32,000 nt of DNA from Halomicrobium mukohataei DSM 12286 (GTDB taxonomy: Archaea > Halobacteriota > Halobacteria > Halobacteriales > Haloarculaceae): positions 2,880,001 through 2,912,000 of the forward strand of contig NC_013202.1 of NCBI RefSeq assembly GCF_000023965.1. Direction: 5' to 3'. The notes beneath the pieces are model-generated. The model searched no databases. It saw only the letters and a program-made list of their open reading frames with translations, and had not been told where the DNA came from. Below are positions 1 through 9,304 of the stretch, in pieces (positions within the stretch are counted from its first letter, which is position 1; every line of letters begins with the position of its first letter). A program made the position numbers and the translations under genes.

Positions 1-2046
1 GAAGCGTCCCGCGACGGCCTCGTTGTTCCGGTCGACCGCGAGCGTGTACTGGGTGAGATCGTTCGTCCCGAACGAGGCGAAGTCGATCCCCGTCTCGCAC
101 AGTTGCTCGATGCCCAGCGCGCTGGCCGGCGTCTCGACCATCACCCCCCACGTTCGCTTGTCGGGGTCGATACCCGCCGCTTCGAGCAGCTGGCGGGCCT
201 GCAACACGTCCTCGGCGTCGTTGACCAGCGGGAGCATGACCTCGACGTTGTCGTAGCCCAGATCGTACAGGCGAGCGATCGCGTCCAGCTCCAGCCGGAA
301 CGTCTCCGGCCGGTCGAGGCTCCGGCGGATCCCCCGATAGCCGAGCATCGGATTGTGCTCGGCGGGCTCGTTCTCGCCGCCGTCGAGCTGCCGGAACTCG
401 TCGGTCGGGGCGTCCAGCGTGCGGACCCGGACCGGACGCGGGTAGAACGCCTCGGCGACGGTCCGAACGCCGTCGACGATCTCGTCGACGTAGGCCCGTT
501 CGCCGTGGTCTTCGACGTAGCGTTCGGGCGTCTTGCTCGTCGAGAGGATCATGTGCTCGATCCGCAACAGGCCGACGCCGTCGGCACCGGTCGCGGCGGC
601 CCGCTCTGCGGCCGCGGGGATCGAGACGTTGACCTTGATCTCGGTGCCCGTCATCGGCTTGGCAGCGAGGCCGGCGTCGGTGCCGTCGCCGACCGACGAC
701 GGCTCGGGCTCGTCGGCGGCAGCGGTCGCGCCGGGCTCGACGATCCCCTTGTCGCCGTCGATCGTCACGTCCTGGCCGTCCTGTAGCCGGTCGGTCCCGG
801 CGTCGGTACCGACCACCGCGGGGACGCCAAGCTCGCGCGAGACGATCGCCGCGTGGCTGGTCATCCCGCCCTGGTCCGTGACGATCCCGGCGGCCCGCTC
901 CATCGCCGGCACCATGTCCGGCGTCGTCATCTCCGTGACGATGATGTCGCCCGGTTCGACCTTGTCCAGCTGGTCGAGCTTGGAGACCAGCCGGACCGAT
1001 CCGGCGACCTGGCCCGGACTCGCCCCCAGCCCGGAGACGAGGACGCCGTCCTGCTGGCCGGTCATCGCGCCGCCGTCGGCGACCCCGGCGTCGGTCCCGT
1101 CGGCAGCCCCGCCCTCGTCGATCGTCGTGATCGGCCGGGACTGGAGGAGATACAGCGTGTCGTCGGCGATCGCCCACTCGACGTCCTGGGGCGTCCCGTA
1201 GTGGTCTTCGACCCGCTCGCCCATCTCGACGAGCTGATCGAGCGTCTCGGTCCCCAGGACGCGCTGCTCGCGCTTGTCGTCCGGGACCGCTCGCTCGACG
1301 GTGTCGTCGCCGTCCCGGACGTGCATCACCTTCTTCTCGGCGACGGTGACTTCCTCGACCCGACCGCTCTCGCGGTCGACGACGTAGTTGTCCGGCGAGA
1401 CCGCACCGGAGACGACCGCCTCGCCGAGTCCCCACGCGGCCTCGACGATGGCTCGCTCGGCTCCCGTCGAGGGGTGGCTCGTGAACAGCACGCCGCTCTC
1501 GTCGGCGTCGACCATCGCCTGGACGACGACCGCGATGTCGACCGCGTCGTGAGAGAAGCCCTGTTCCTGGCGGTAGTAGATCGCTCGCTGGGTGAACAGC
1601 GACGCCCAGCACTCCCGGACACGGTCGAGCAGGTCCGCCCGGCCGACGTTGAGAAACGTCTCCTGCTGGCCGGCGAAGGAGGCGTCCGGGAGGTCCTCCG
1701 CCGTCGCCGAGGAGCGGACCGCGACGACATCGTGGCCGAGGTCGTCGAACGCCACCAGCAGCTCGTCCCGGACCGAGTCTGGGACGGGGGTCTCCAGAAT
1801 CAGCTCCTGTGCGTGCTCCGCTGCGGCCGCCAGTGCCTGAGAGTCGTCCGTGTCCACGTCGACAGTCTCGGACAGCGCCGCCTCGATACCGGTGTCCTGT
1901 ACGAACGAGCGATACGTGTCGGCCGTAACGACGAACGCGGGCGGAACCGGGAGGCCAGCGCCCGCGAGTTCACCGAGAGATGCCGCCTTGCCGCCGACGC
2001 TGTCTACGTCGTCGGCCGTGATGTCGTCGAGCCAGCGTAGTGCCAT
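1..2046 (-). CDS. ppsA: Phosphoenolpyruvate synthase (pyruvate, water dikinase); C-terminus cut by window edge
   Basis: Not in the ORF track because it runs off the window. Minus-strand ATG at 2044-2046, open frame of 682 codons ending exactly at base 1. Translation starts MALRWLDDITADDVDSVGGKAASLGELAGAGLPVPPAFVV. It contains the phosphohistidine region GGMTSHAAIVSRELGVPAVVG and ends ...GIDFASFGTNDLTQYTLAVDRNNEAVAGRF, all typical of the PEP-utilising enzyme family. Confidence 0.9.
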   Translation of the reverse strand, partial: MALRWLDDITADDVDSVGGKAASLGELAGAGLPVPPAFVVTADTYRSFVQDTGIEAALSETVDVDTDDSQALAAAAEHAQELILETPVPDSVRDELLVAFDDLGHDVVAVRSSATAEDLPDASFAGQQETFLNVGRADLLDRVRECWASLFTQRAIYYRQEQGFSHDAVDIAVVVQAMVDADESGVLFTSHPSTGAERAIVEAAWGLGEAVVSGAVSPDNYVVDRESGRVEEVTVAEKKVMHVRDGDDTVERAVPDDKREQRVLGTETLDQLVEMGERVEDHYGTPQDVEWAIADDTLYLLQSRPITTIDEGGAADGTDAGVADGGAMTGQQDGVLVSGLGASPGQVAGSVRLVSKLDQLDKVEPGDIIVTEMTTPDMVPAMERAAGIVTDQGGMTSHAAIVSRELGVPAVVGTDAGTDRLQDGQDVTIDGDKGIVEPGATAAADEPEPSSVGDGTDAGLAAKPMTGTEIKVNVSIPAAAERAAATGADGVGLLRIEHMILSTSKTPERYVEDHGERAYVDEIVDGVRTVAEAFYPRPVRVRTLDAPTDEFRQLDGGENEPAEHNPMLGYRGIRRSLDRPETFRLELDAIARLYDLGYDNVEVMLPLVNDAEDVLQARQLLEAAGIDPDKRTWGVMVETPASALGIEQLCETGIDFASFGTNDLTQYTLAVDRNNEAVAGRF

Positions 2047-2177
2047 GTGCGCGTTCGTACCATCATGAACGACCATTATGGTATTGCCGGTTCCGGCACG
2101 TTTCAGCGGGAGTCACTCGGATCCGAAGGAAGGTTTCGAGCCCGTCGAGAATGGGTCTCTGGACGCCCAAGCGGCGA

Positions 2178-3080
2178 TCAGACCTCGATGATGTCGTCGT
2201 CCTCGCTGTCGGGAACGGTCAGCTCCCCGTCGAGCGTCGTCACCGCCCGCCCGCCGACACGCACGTCGTGGCCGTCGGTCACGACGCGGACGCGGCCGGG
2301 CCGATCGAGGAAGTGACCCTGTTCGACGACGATCTCCTCGCGCTCGCCGTCCAGCGCGTTGTGCCGGCGCAGATAGGCACACGCGGCCCCGGCGGCGGTC
2401 CCCGTGACGGGGTCCTCGGGGACGCCGGCCAGCGGGACGAACGCCCGCGCGTGGATCGTCGCGTCGCCGTCCAGCGTGTCGAAGGTAAAAGCGTAGAGCC
2501 CCTCGGCACCGACGGATTCACAGAGCGACTCGATCGCCGCCATGTCCGGCTGAGCGTCCCGCAGGTGCTCGAAGTAGTTCACCGGAGCGACGAGGAAGGG
2601 GAGGCCGCTCGAAGCGACCGAGAGCGGGAAGTCCGCGCCAACGTCCCGCAGCGTCGCCACGTCGATCCCCAGCGCGTCGGCCACGTCCTCGTCGGCCACG
2701 TCGGCGGGTCTCACCGTGGCGGTCGCCTGTTCCATCCAGACGGTGCCGTCGTCGTCGATCTCGATCTCGAACGTGCCCGCGGCCGTCGCCAGCGTGTGGG
2801 TCCCGGCGTCGAGCCGGTCGTGCTCGTAGAGGAGCGCGTGGGCGGCGACGGTCGCGTGTCCACAGAGGTCGACCTCACGTTCGGGCGTGAAGTACCGCAG
2901 CCGCCGGTCCGCCTCGTCGTCCGGCAGCACGAAGGCCGTCTCGCTGGCACCCAGCTCCGAAGCGATCTTGCCGAACTGCTCGTCGTCCAGTCCGTCCGCG
3001 TCCGGCACGACGCCCGCCGGATTGCCCGCCATCGGCTCGTCGGTGAAGGCGTCGACGAGCAGCGCCTGTCGCGTGTCCAT
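2178..3080 (-). CDS. PhzF-family (phenazine biosynthesis-like) isomerase
   Basis: 300-aa ORF. The N-terminus LLVDAFTDEPMAGNPAGVV...ASELGASETAFVL and the later EDPVTGTAAGA motif are typical of the PhzF/DAP-epimerase-like fold. Confidence 0.85.
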   Translation of the reverse strand: MDTRQALLVDAFTDEPMAGNPAGVVPDADGLDDEQFGKIASELGASETAFVLPDDEADRRLRYFTPEREVDLCGHATVAAHALLYEHDRLDAGTHTLATAAGTFEIEIDDDGTVWMEQATATVRPADVADEDVADALGIDVATLRDVGADFPLSVASSGLPFLVAPVNYFEHLRDAQPDMAAIESLCESVGAEGLYAFTFDTLDGDATIHARAFVPLAGVPEDPVTGTAAGAACAYLRRHNALDGEREEIVVEQGHFLDRPGRVRVVTDGHDVRVGGRAVTTLDGELTVPDSEDDDIIEV

Positions 3081-3111
3081 GCCCGCTCAGACTCGCCGCC
3101 GGCAGTAAGGC

Positions 3112-4173
3112 TTGGTGGTCGACGGCCCGCCAGTCGCCGACGCCGATCGTGGGGCGGCAGTCGAACCGACGTTCGACGACGAGACCGACAGCGTTGTGTC
3201 CCTGCTGGACAGACTCCCGACCGTGTCGCTGCTCTCGATTTTCGCGACGGCGATCCTGCCGGTCGTCGCCGTCGCCGGTGCTGGCTATCTGCTGGGTCGG
3301 TTTCGGGACGTGGATCCCGGCGCGCTCAACACGGTCACCGTCTACGTGCTCGCGCCGGCACTCGTCGTCTACAGCTTCGCGACGACTCCGTTCCCCGCTG
3401 CGACGCTCGCACGCGTCGTCGTCGCAGTCACCGCCTTCTCGGCGGCGATGATCGCCGTCGCCGAGTCCGTCGGCCGACTCCAGGGCCAGACCGAGCCGCT
3501 GTTGGGTGCGTTCGTCCTCGTCGTCGCCTTCCCCAACGTCGGCAACTTCGGCATCCCGCTCTCGGAGTTCGCCTTCGGCGCGACCGGTCGCAGCACTGCG
3601 ATTCTCGTCACGGCACTGCAGGGCGTCCTGCTGTACACCGTCGGCGTCTACATCGCCGCTCGTGGCGACGACGGGAGCCCGCTGAGCAGCATGAAGCGCG
3701 TCTTCTCGATCCCGCTGGTCTACGCCGTCGTCGGGACGCTCGCGGCCCGGTGGATCGGGGTCGTCCCGCCCGAGTCAAGCGCCGCGATGCAGACCATCGA
3801 GATGCTGGGCAACGCCTCGATCCCGGTCATGCTGCTCATCCTCGGAATCCGCCTGTCGAACGTCCGCGTCGACGAGACCGTGCGGCGGGTCGGCGTCGCC
3901 AGCGTGGCGAAACTCGCCCTCGCGCCGCTCGTCGGCGTCGGGATCGCACTCGCAGTCGGCTTTCGCGATCCCGTCGTCGCGCGGACGTTCGTCCTGCTCG
4001 CTGCCGCGCCGACGGCGGTGACCCCCGTCATCCTCGTCGGAGCGTTCAGCGGCGAGAGCGACGGCCTGTCGGCCGGTCAGTTCGTCAGCACGTCCGTGCT
4101 CGTGACGACGCTGGGCAGCGTCGTGACTGTCACGCTGCTGGTGGCCCTCCTCCAGTCCGGGGCGATCGTCTGA
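3112..4173 (+). CDS. AEC-family (auxin efflux carrier-like) membrane transporter
   Basis: Polytopic hydrophobic ORF (LLSIFATAILPVVAVAGAGYLLGRF..., ...LLAAAPTAVTPVILV). The track start at 3112 is TTG. The true start is more likely an in-frame GTG at 3196 or 3223, just before the first TM segment. Confidence 0.8.
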   Translation: MVVDGPPVADADRGAAVEPTFDDETDSVVSLLDRLPTVSLLSIFATAILPVVAVAGAGYLLGRFRDVDPGALNTVTVYVLAPALVVYSFATTPFPAATLARVVVAVTAFSAAMIAVAESVGRLQGQTEPLLGAFVLVVAFPNVGNFGIPLSEFAFGATGRSTAILVTALQGVLLYTVGVYIAARGDDGSPLSSMKRVFSIPLVYAVVGTLAARWIGVVPPESSAAMQTIEMLGNASIPVMLLILGIRLSNVRVDETVRRVGVASVAKLALAPLVGVGIALAVGFRDPVVARTFVLLAAAPTAVTPVILVGAFSGESDGLSAGQFVSTSVLVTTLGSVVTVTLLVALLQSGAIV

Positions 4174-4288
4174 CCGAGACTGGGGCTGACCGACCGCGCG
4201 GTCGTGTGCCGTCGACGGAGAAACGTCTGCAGTCGTCACGTGTGGACAGAGTGGCCACTGGAGCGGGCGTCGACGGCCCGCCGCAGGA

Positions 4289-4396
4289 TCAGTGCCGGCC
4301 GTCGTCGCGGACGTAGGTGAGCGCGTCGAGGAACTGCTCGGTGTCGATGCGATCCTCGCGCTCTCGGAGGCGTTCGCGGAGCTTCGTCGGCGTCAT
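4289..4396 (-). CDS. Small hypothetical protein (35 aa, MTPTKLRERLREREDRIDTEQFLDALTYVRDDGRH)
   Basis: Below the track length cutoff. ATG at 4394-4396, TGA at 4289-4291. An AT-rich TATA-like box lies about 30 nt upstream on the same strand. No family recognised. Confidence 0.3.
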   Translation of the reverse strand: MTPTKLRERLREREDRIDTEQFLDALTYVRDDGRH

Positions 4397-4422
4397 GCGT
4401 GTTAACACCATACACAATACAG

Positions 4423-4430
4423 CTATTTAA
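4423..4430 (-). promoter_or_regulatory. TATA-like box (minus strand TTAAATAG) upstream of the 35-aa ORF
   Basis: AT-rich octamer in a GC-rich background, centred about 30 nt from the ATG at 4396 (spacing typical of leaderless haloarchaeal mRNAs). It lies inside the 7-bp inverted repeat gtgttaa (4398-4404) / ttaacac (4426-4432). Confidence 0.3.
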
Positions 4431-4480
4431 CACTTCCCGCGCCGCCGACTTCTCGATCGGGGCCCAGTCACGAGCGCGCA

Positions 4481-4568
4481 GCTATAGTAGCCATTGAAAA
4501 TCAATGCACACCCGATCGCACGACGGCAGTGCGGTCGGTGTGTAAATCGTTTCAATTGTTACTATAGC
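4481..4568. repeat. 88-nt AT-rich imperfect palindrome (long hairpin) downstream of scpA
   Basis: Outer arms gctatagtagccattgaaa (4481-4499) and tttcaattgttactatagc (4550-4568) are complementary with 2 mismatches. Inner arms around 4506-4521 and 4529-4543 also pair, around a 7-nt loop gacggca. Confidence 0.6.
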
Positions 4569-4617
4569 GAGGTGGACTCGTCGAACGAGATCGACGCCGC
4601 GACGCGGGCGAGAAGCG

Positions 4618-5712
4618 CTAGTCGGCCAGTGCCTCTTCGGAGCCGGTCACGGCGCTCGGGTCCTGTATCCAGAGGTCCCCGAACAGTTCGTCTTGCTGGA
4701 GGCGGACCTGCCCGCGATGAGAGAGAAAGAGCAGTCCCAGGAACGTCTCGACCCGGGAGCCGCCGATCTGGTGAACCTCCCGAAACAGGACCTCCTCGCG
4801 GCCGGCGTCGTACTGCTCGCGCACCGCCTCGTACACCTCGTCGACGATCGCGTCGATGTCCTCGCCGTGGGTGTTGGCCGTCACCTCGTCGGCGGTCGGC
4901 TCGTCGTCCATCCGCACGTCTTCGGCCCCGCGGTAGTCCAGTTCCTGGGTCCCGCGCTGGAACCCCGACGGCGAGTCGCTCGTGTCGTAGCTGCGTGATT
5001 CTTTCCACCAGGAATCGCGCTCGGCCTCCCGGAGGTCTCGCACCAGTTCGTCCAGCGTCTGGGGCATCCCCCGTGCCCGACGGCGCTCCAGTCGGCGGTC
5101 CATCTCCTGCTCCAGCGAGGCGAAGGGGTCCGGCTCGTCGATGGGATCGTCGCCGGCCATCGCCGCCTCCCAGGGCTCGGCCGGCGGTTCTTCCTCGTCC
5201 TCGTCGGACAGCATCGCGTCGCTCTTCATGCGAATCAGCACCGACGCGTAGAACAGCGCCCGCCCGGAGGTCCGCAAGTCCGCCTCGTCGATCACTTCGA
5301 GGAACTTGTCGGTCACCCGCACCACGTCGATGTCCCACGGGTCGATTTCCCCCGCGTCAGCGAGCTGGACCAGCACCTCGACGGGCTCGACTTCCTCCTC
5401 GTCGTCTTCGTCGTCGGCCTCGCCGGCTTCGGCCGCCCCCGACTCGCCGTCCGAGTCGTCGCCTCCCGTGTCGAAGGGGTCTTCGGAGGTCCCAGACGGA
5501 GCCTCCCGATCTTCGTGTCCGGCGATGTTCAGGGGAATGTCGTCGTCACCGCCACTCCGCTCACGGGTCGCGTCGCTCCCCGTTCGCGTATCCGAGGACC
5601 GCTCCTCACTTCGTTCGTCGCGCCCCTCGCTGTCTCGCGGGTCGCGTCGTTCCCCGCTCAACGTTTTCGAGTCCCCCTCGTCCCGTCGGTCCTCGGGCGA
5701 CTCGCTAGTCAT
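4618..5712 (-). CDS. scpA: Segregation and condensation protein A (kleisin) with long acidic N-terminal extension
   Basis: 364 aa. The core VEVLVQLADAGEIDPWDIDVVRVTDKFLEVIDEADLRTSGRALFYASVLIRMKS matches the ScpA family. It overlaps the smc stop by 8 nt. Confidence 0.9.
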   Translation of the reverse strand: MTSESPEDRRDEGDSKTLSGERRDPRDSEGRDERSEERSSDTRTGSDATRERSGGDDDIPLNIAGHEDREAPSGTSEDPFDTGGDDSDGESGAAEAGEADDEDDEEEVEPVEVLVQLADAGEIDPWDIDVVRVTDKFLEVIDEADLRTSGRALFYASVLIRMKSDAMLSDEDEEEPPAEPWEAAMAGDDPIDEPDPFASLEQEMDRRLERRRARGMPQTLDELVRDLREAERDSWWKESRSYDTSDSPSGFQRGTQELDYRGAEDVRMDDEPTADEVTANTHGEDIDAIVDEVYEAVREQYDAGREEVLFREVHQIGGSRVETFLGLLFLSHRGQVRLQQDELFGDLWIQDPSAVTGSEEALAD

Positions 5713-8700
5713 CCGCCGGCACCTCCCCGATCTCCCCGGTGAGATCGATTCCGGTCACCGCGCTCACGTTGTCGTCTTGCATCGTCACGCCGATGGCCCG
5801 CTCGGAGCGGTCGAGCAGCGCCGAGCGGTGGGAGACGACGACGAACTGGGCGTCACCGGCGAGTTCGTCGACCATCTCGCCGACCAGTTCGGCGTTGGCG
5901 GCGTCGAGGAAGGCGTCGACCTCGTCCAGCGCGTAGAACGGCGCGGGGTTGTGCCGCTGGATCGCGAAGATAAAGGCCAGCGCCGTCAGGGACTTCTCGC
6001 CCCCGGACATGGCGTTGAGCCGCTGGATCGGCTTGTCGCCCGGCTGGGCCTTCATCGTCAGGCCGCCCTCGAAGGGGTCGGCCTCGTCTTCGAGGTGGAG
6101 GTGGCCCGTCCCGTTCGAGAGCCGTTCGAAAATGTCCTCGAACTGCTCGTTGATCTCGTCGAAGGCGTCCATGAACGTCGCCTTCTTGCGCTGCTCGTAG
6201 GTCTCGATCCGGTCGCGGATGCCGTCGGCCTCCTCGACGAGCGTCTCTTTCTTGTCTTCCAGCTCGTCTAAGTCCGCCTCGACGGCGTCGTACTCGTCGA
6301 TCGCGCGCATGTTGACCGGCTCCAGTTCCTCCATCCGGGATTCGAGCCGACCGATCTGGGATTCGACGACGTGGTGATCCGGGATCTCGTCCGGATCGTA
6401 GTCGCCGACCTCGGCTTCGAGCTCGTCGATCTCCCAGTCGAGGCGCTCGCGCTCCTCGGTGGCGTCGTCGAGATCGCGTTCGAGTTCGCTGACCTTCGAC
6501 TGCTGTTCGTCGCGTCGCTCTTTGGCGTCCTGTAGCTCCTCGCGAAGCTCCTCGCGCTCGCTTTTGAGGTCCGCCAGCTCGGCCTCCAGCTCCGCGACCT
6601 CGTCTTCTTTGGCGGCTTTCTGGGAGCGTTTCTCCTCGATCTCGGCTTCGAGTTCGGCGATCCGTTCCTCGGCCTCGGCTTTGCGGTTCTGTGCGGCTTC
6701 GATGTCCTCGTGGAGCTCCTCGATGTTGTCTTCGGCGTACTGCTTCTCCAGTTGGAGCTCGTTGAGGTCGGCGTCGAGGTCGCTCTCACGGCTCTCCAGT
6801 TCGTCGATCGCCTGTTTGATCCGGTCGGCCTCGTCGGTGAGCGCCGGCAGCTGCGAGTCGGCGACCTCCGCCTCCAGCTCGTCGATGTCCGCCTCGATGA
6901 TGGCGATGGCCTCGTTCTGGCGGGCGATTTTCCCCTCCAGTACGTCCATCTCGTCGGAGACGTCCTCGCGTTCGGCCTCGATCTCCGCCAGTTCCGCCTC
7001 CAGGCGCTCGACGCGGTCGTGGGCGTCCTCGATGGCCGCCCGCTTGCGCTCGATCTCGGATTCGATCTCGCGGACCTGATCGTTCGCGTCGGTCTGTCGG
7101 TCGCGGGCGTCGTCGAGGCGCGCTTCCACGTCGCGAAGCTCCTCGCGGCGCTCCTGGCGTTCGTCTTCCAGCTCGTTGATCTTCGCTGCGACGCGTTCGA
7201 GCTGGCCCTGGCCGCCCGAGAAGGAGTATCGCGTGCCCGACGAGGACCCACCGGTCATCGCGCCGGAGGTCTCGACGAGATCGCCTTCGAGCGTGACCAT
7301 CCGGAACTCGCCCATGAACTCGCGGGCGGTGTCCATGTCAGCGACGACGACGGTGTCGCCCAGCACGTAGGAGAAGATGCCCGCGTACTCGGGATCGAAG
7401 TCGACGAGGTTGTACGCGAAGTCGACGACGCCGCCGTGCTGGGGGAGGCTGGGCAACGACCGCTGGTGCATCTCCGTGATCGGCAGGAAGGTCGCGCGGC
7501 CGGCGTTGCGGGACTTCAGGTACTCGATGCCCCGTTGACCGACCGTGTCGTCGTCGACGACGACGTGTGCGAGCCGGCCACCGGCGGCGGTCTCGCAGGC
7601 GGTCGCGTAGTCGGGGTCGACGCCGCCGAGCTGGCCGACGGTGCCGTGGACGCCGTCCATGCCGGCGTTCAGGATCGTCGTCACCGCCCGGCCGTACGAG
7701 GAGTCACCGTCCTGCCCGGCCTTCGCTTCGAGGTTCGCGTACTCCTGTTGGAGCCCGCTGATCTCGTCTTCCAGCTCGTCGACGTCGCTCTGGAGTTCCC
7801 GTTTCTCCGCTGTGAGGTCCTCGACGACCTCGGTGATCGTCGCCGAGTTCTTCTGTGCTTTCTCCAGTTCCGTTTCGAGGTCCTCGATGTCGGCTTCGAT
7901 GTCGGGAATTTCGGCCTCCGCGTCCTCGATCGCGTCGCGTTTCTCTCGCTGCTGGTTCGACCGGCGACGTGCGTCGTCGAGCAGGCGGTCCTGCTCGCGC
8001 TGGTGGTCGTTCTTCGCCGATTTGGCCGCTTCCAGCGCGGTCCGCTTTGCCTCTAGCTCCGACTTGACCTCCTCGAACTCCTCGCCGACCGCGTCGATCT
8101 TCGCCTGTACGTCCGCGAGTTCGGCCTCTCGCTCGTTGATCTCGGCTTTGACGTTCGACTTCTCGACTTTCGTCTGTCGGATCTCGCTCTCCAGATCGTC
8201 GATGGTCTCTTGCTTGCGGTCGATCTGGACGAACGCCTGCCGGCGCTCGTTCTCGGCGTCTTCGACCTTCTCCTCGGCGGTCGCGGCGCTGTCTTCGAGC
8301 CGCGAGATGTCGCCTTTGATCTCCTCTATCTCGCGTTTGATCGCCAGCTGTTCGTCCTCGCCCTTGCGCTCGATCTCGGTGTTGAGCGACTGGAGTTCGT
8401 CTTCGAGGCGGACGACCGCGCCCTGGCGTTCGTCGAGTTCGCGCTGGAGGTCCGCGAGTTCGTCTTCCAGCGCCCCGATCTCCTCGCGGATCTCCGCGCG
8501 CTCCTCGCGCTTGTCTTCGAGTTCCGCAGCCTTGCGATACCCCTCGTACTCCGCTTTCTCCTCGCGGAGTTCCTGGTACTGCAGGGCCGTCTCGCGTTCG
8601 TCGGCCAGCTGGTCGAGGCGCTCTCGTTTCTCCTCGATGCGGAGCTCGGCCTCGTCGATTCGCTCCTGGACGACCTCCAGTTCCTCGAAGGCGTCGGCTT

Positions 8701-9283
8701 TCTGCTCGTCGAACTGAGCGACGCCGGCGATCTCGTCGATGATCTCCCGGCGCGAGCCGGCCGTCATGTTGATGATCTCGGTCACGTCGCCCTGCATGAC
8801 GACGTTGTACCCCTCCGGCGCGACGCCGGCCTGGGCCAGCAGGTCCTGGATGTCGCCGAGGTTGACCGAGCGGCCGTTGATGTAGTAGTACGAGTAGTAG
8901 TTGTCCTCGGTCTCCTTGACGCGGCGCTTGATCGAGATTTCGTCGACGTCGCCCACGTCTTCGGTGCCGGCCGCGTTGATCACCTGCGAGCGGTCGAGTG
9001 TCCGGTCCTCGTTCGCGAGGATGACCTCGACGCTGGCCTCGCGCTCCCCGCTGCCGTCGGTCTCCTCGTCGGCGTGGCCCGGATTGTAGATCAGATCCGT
9101 CAGTTTCTCGGCGCGGATGCCGGAGGTGCGGGCGAGTCCGAGCGCGAACAGAATCGAGTCGATGATGTTGGACTTGCCCGAGCCGTTGGGGCCGGTAACG
9201 ACGGTAAAGTCCTCGTAGAAGGGGATCCGTGTCTTCCGGCCGAAACTCTTGAAGTTGTCAAGGACGAGCTCTTTGATGTGCAT
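5705..9283 (-). CDS. smc: Chromosome segregation ATPase SMC
   Basis: 1192 aa. N-terminal Walker A (VTGPNGSGKSNIID), long coiled-coil arms, a hinge (GVHGTVGQLGGVD...), then the C-terminal signature LSGGEKSLTALAFIFAIQ and Walker B FYALDEVDAFLD. Confidence 0.97.
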   Translation of the reverse strand: MHIKELVLDNFKSFGRKTRIPFYEDFTVVTGPNGSGKSNIIDSILFALGLARTSGIRAEKLTDLIYNPGHADEETDGSGEREASVEVILANEDRTLDRSQVINAAGTEDVGDVDEISIKRRVKETEDNYYSYYYINGRSVNLGDIQDLLAQAGVAPEGYNVVMQGDVTEIINMTAGSRREIIDEIAGVAQFDEQKADAFEELEVVQERIDEAELRIEEKRERLDQLADERETALQYQELREEKAEYEGYRKAAELEDKREERAEIREEIGALEDELADLQRELDERQGAVVRLEDELQSLNTEIERKGEDEQLAIKREIEEIKGDISRLEDSAATAEEKVEDAENERRQAFVQIDRKQETIDDLESEIRQTKVEKSNVKAEINEREAELADVQAKIDAVGEEFEEVKSELEAKRTALEAAKSAKNDHQREQDRLLDDARRRSNQQREKRDAIEDAEAEIPDIEADIEDLETELEKAQKNSATITEVVEDLTAEKRELQSDVDELEDEISGLQQEYANLEAKAGQDGDSSYGRAVTTILNAGMDGVHGTVGQLGGVDPDYATACETAAGGRLAHVVVDDDTVGQRGIEYLKSRNAGRATFLPITEMHQRSLPSLPQHGGVVDFAYNLVDFDPEYAGIFSYVLGDTVVVADMDTAREFMGEFRMVTLEGDLVETSGAMTGGSSSGTRYSFSGGQGQLERVAAKINELEDERQERREELRDVEARLDDARDRQTDANDQVREIESEIERKRAAIEDAHDRVERLEAELAEIEAEREDVSDEMDVLEGKIARQNEAIAIIEADIDELEAEVADSQLPALTDEADRIKQAIDELESRESDLDADLNELQLEKQYAEDNIEELHEDIEAAQNRKAEAEERIAELEAEIEEKRSQKAAKEDEVAELEAELADLKSEREELREELQDAKERRDEQQSKVSELERDLDDATEERERLDWEIDELEAEVGDYDPDEIPDHHVVESQIGRLESRMEELEPVNMRAIDEYDAVEADLDELEDKKETLVEEADGIRDRIETYEQRKKATFMDAFDEINEQFEDIFERLSNGTGHLHLEDEADPFEGGLTMKAQPGDKPIQRLNAMSGGEKSLTALAFIFAIQRHNPAPFYALDEVDAFLDAANAELVGEMVDELAGDAQFVVVSHRSALLDRSERAIGVTMQDDNVSAVTGIDLTGEIGEVPADD

Positions 9284-9304
9284 GGGGTCGCTCGTGGCCC
9301 AGCC

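Noticed and set aside
2040-4316. 758-aa plus-strand ORF spanning the PhzF and AEC transporter loci
   Set aside because: Its translation is dominated by Arg, Pro, Gly and Asp runs (RRRRSWGGSRTDVRRRDRQR...), with no motif. It is antisense to, or frame-shifted from, two well-supported genes. This is a typical high-GC artefact.
4494-5708. 404-aa plus-strand ORF antisense to scpA
   Set aside because: Extremely Arg/Pro-rich low-complexity translation. The opposite strand encodes a recognisable ScpA.
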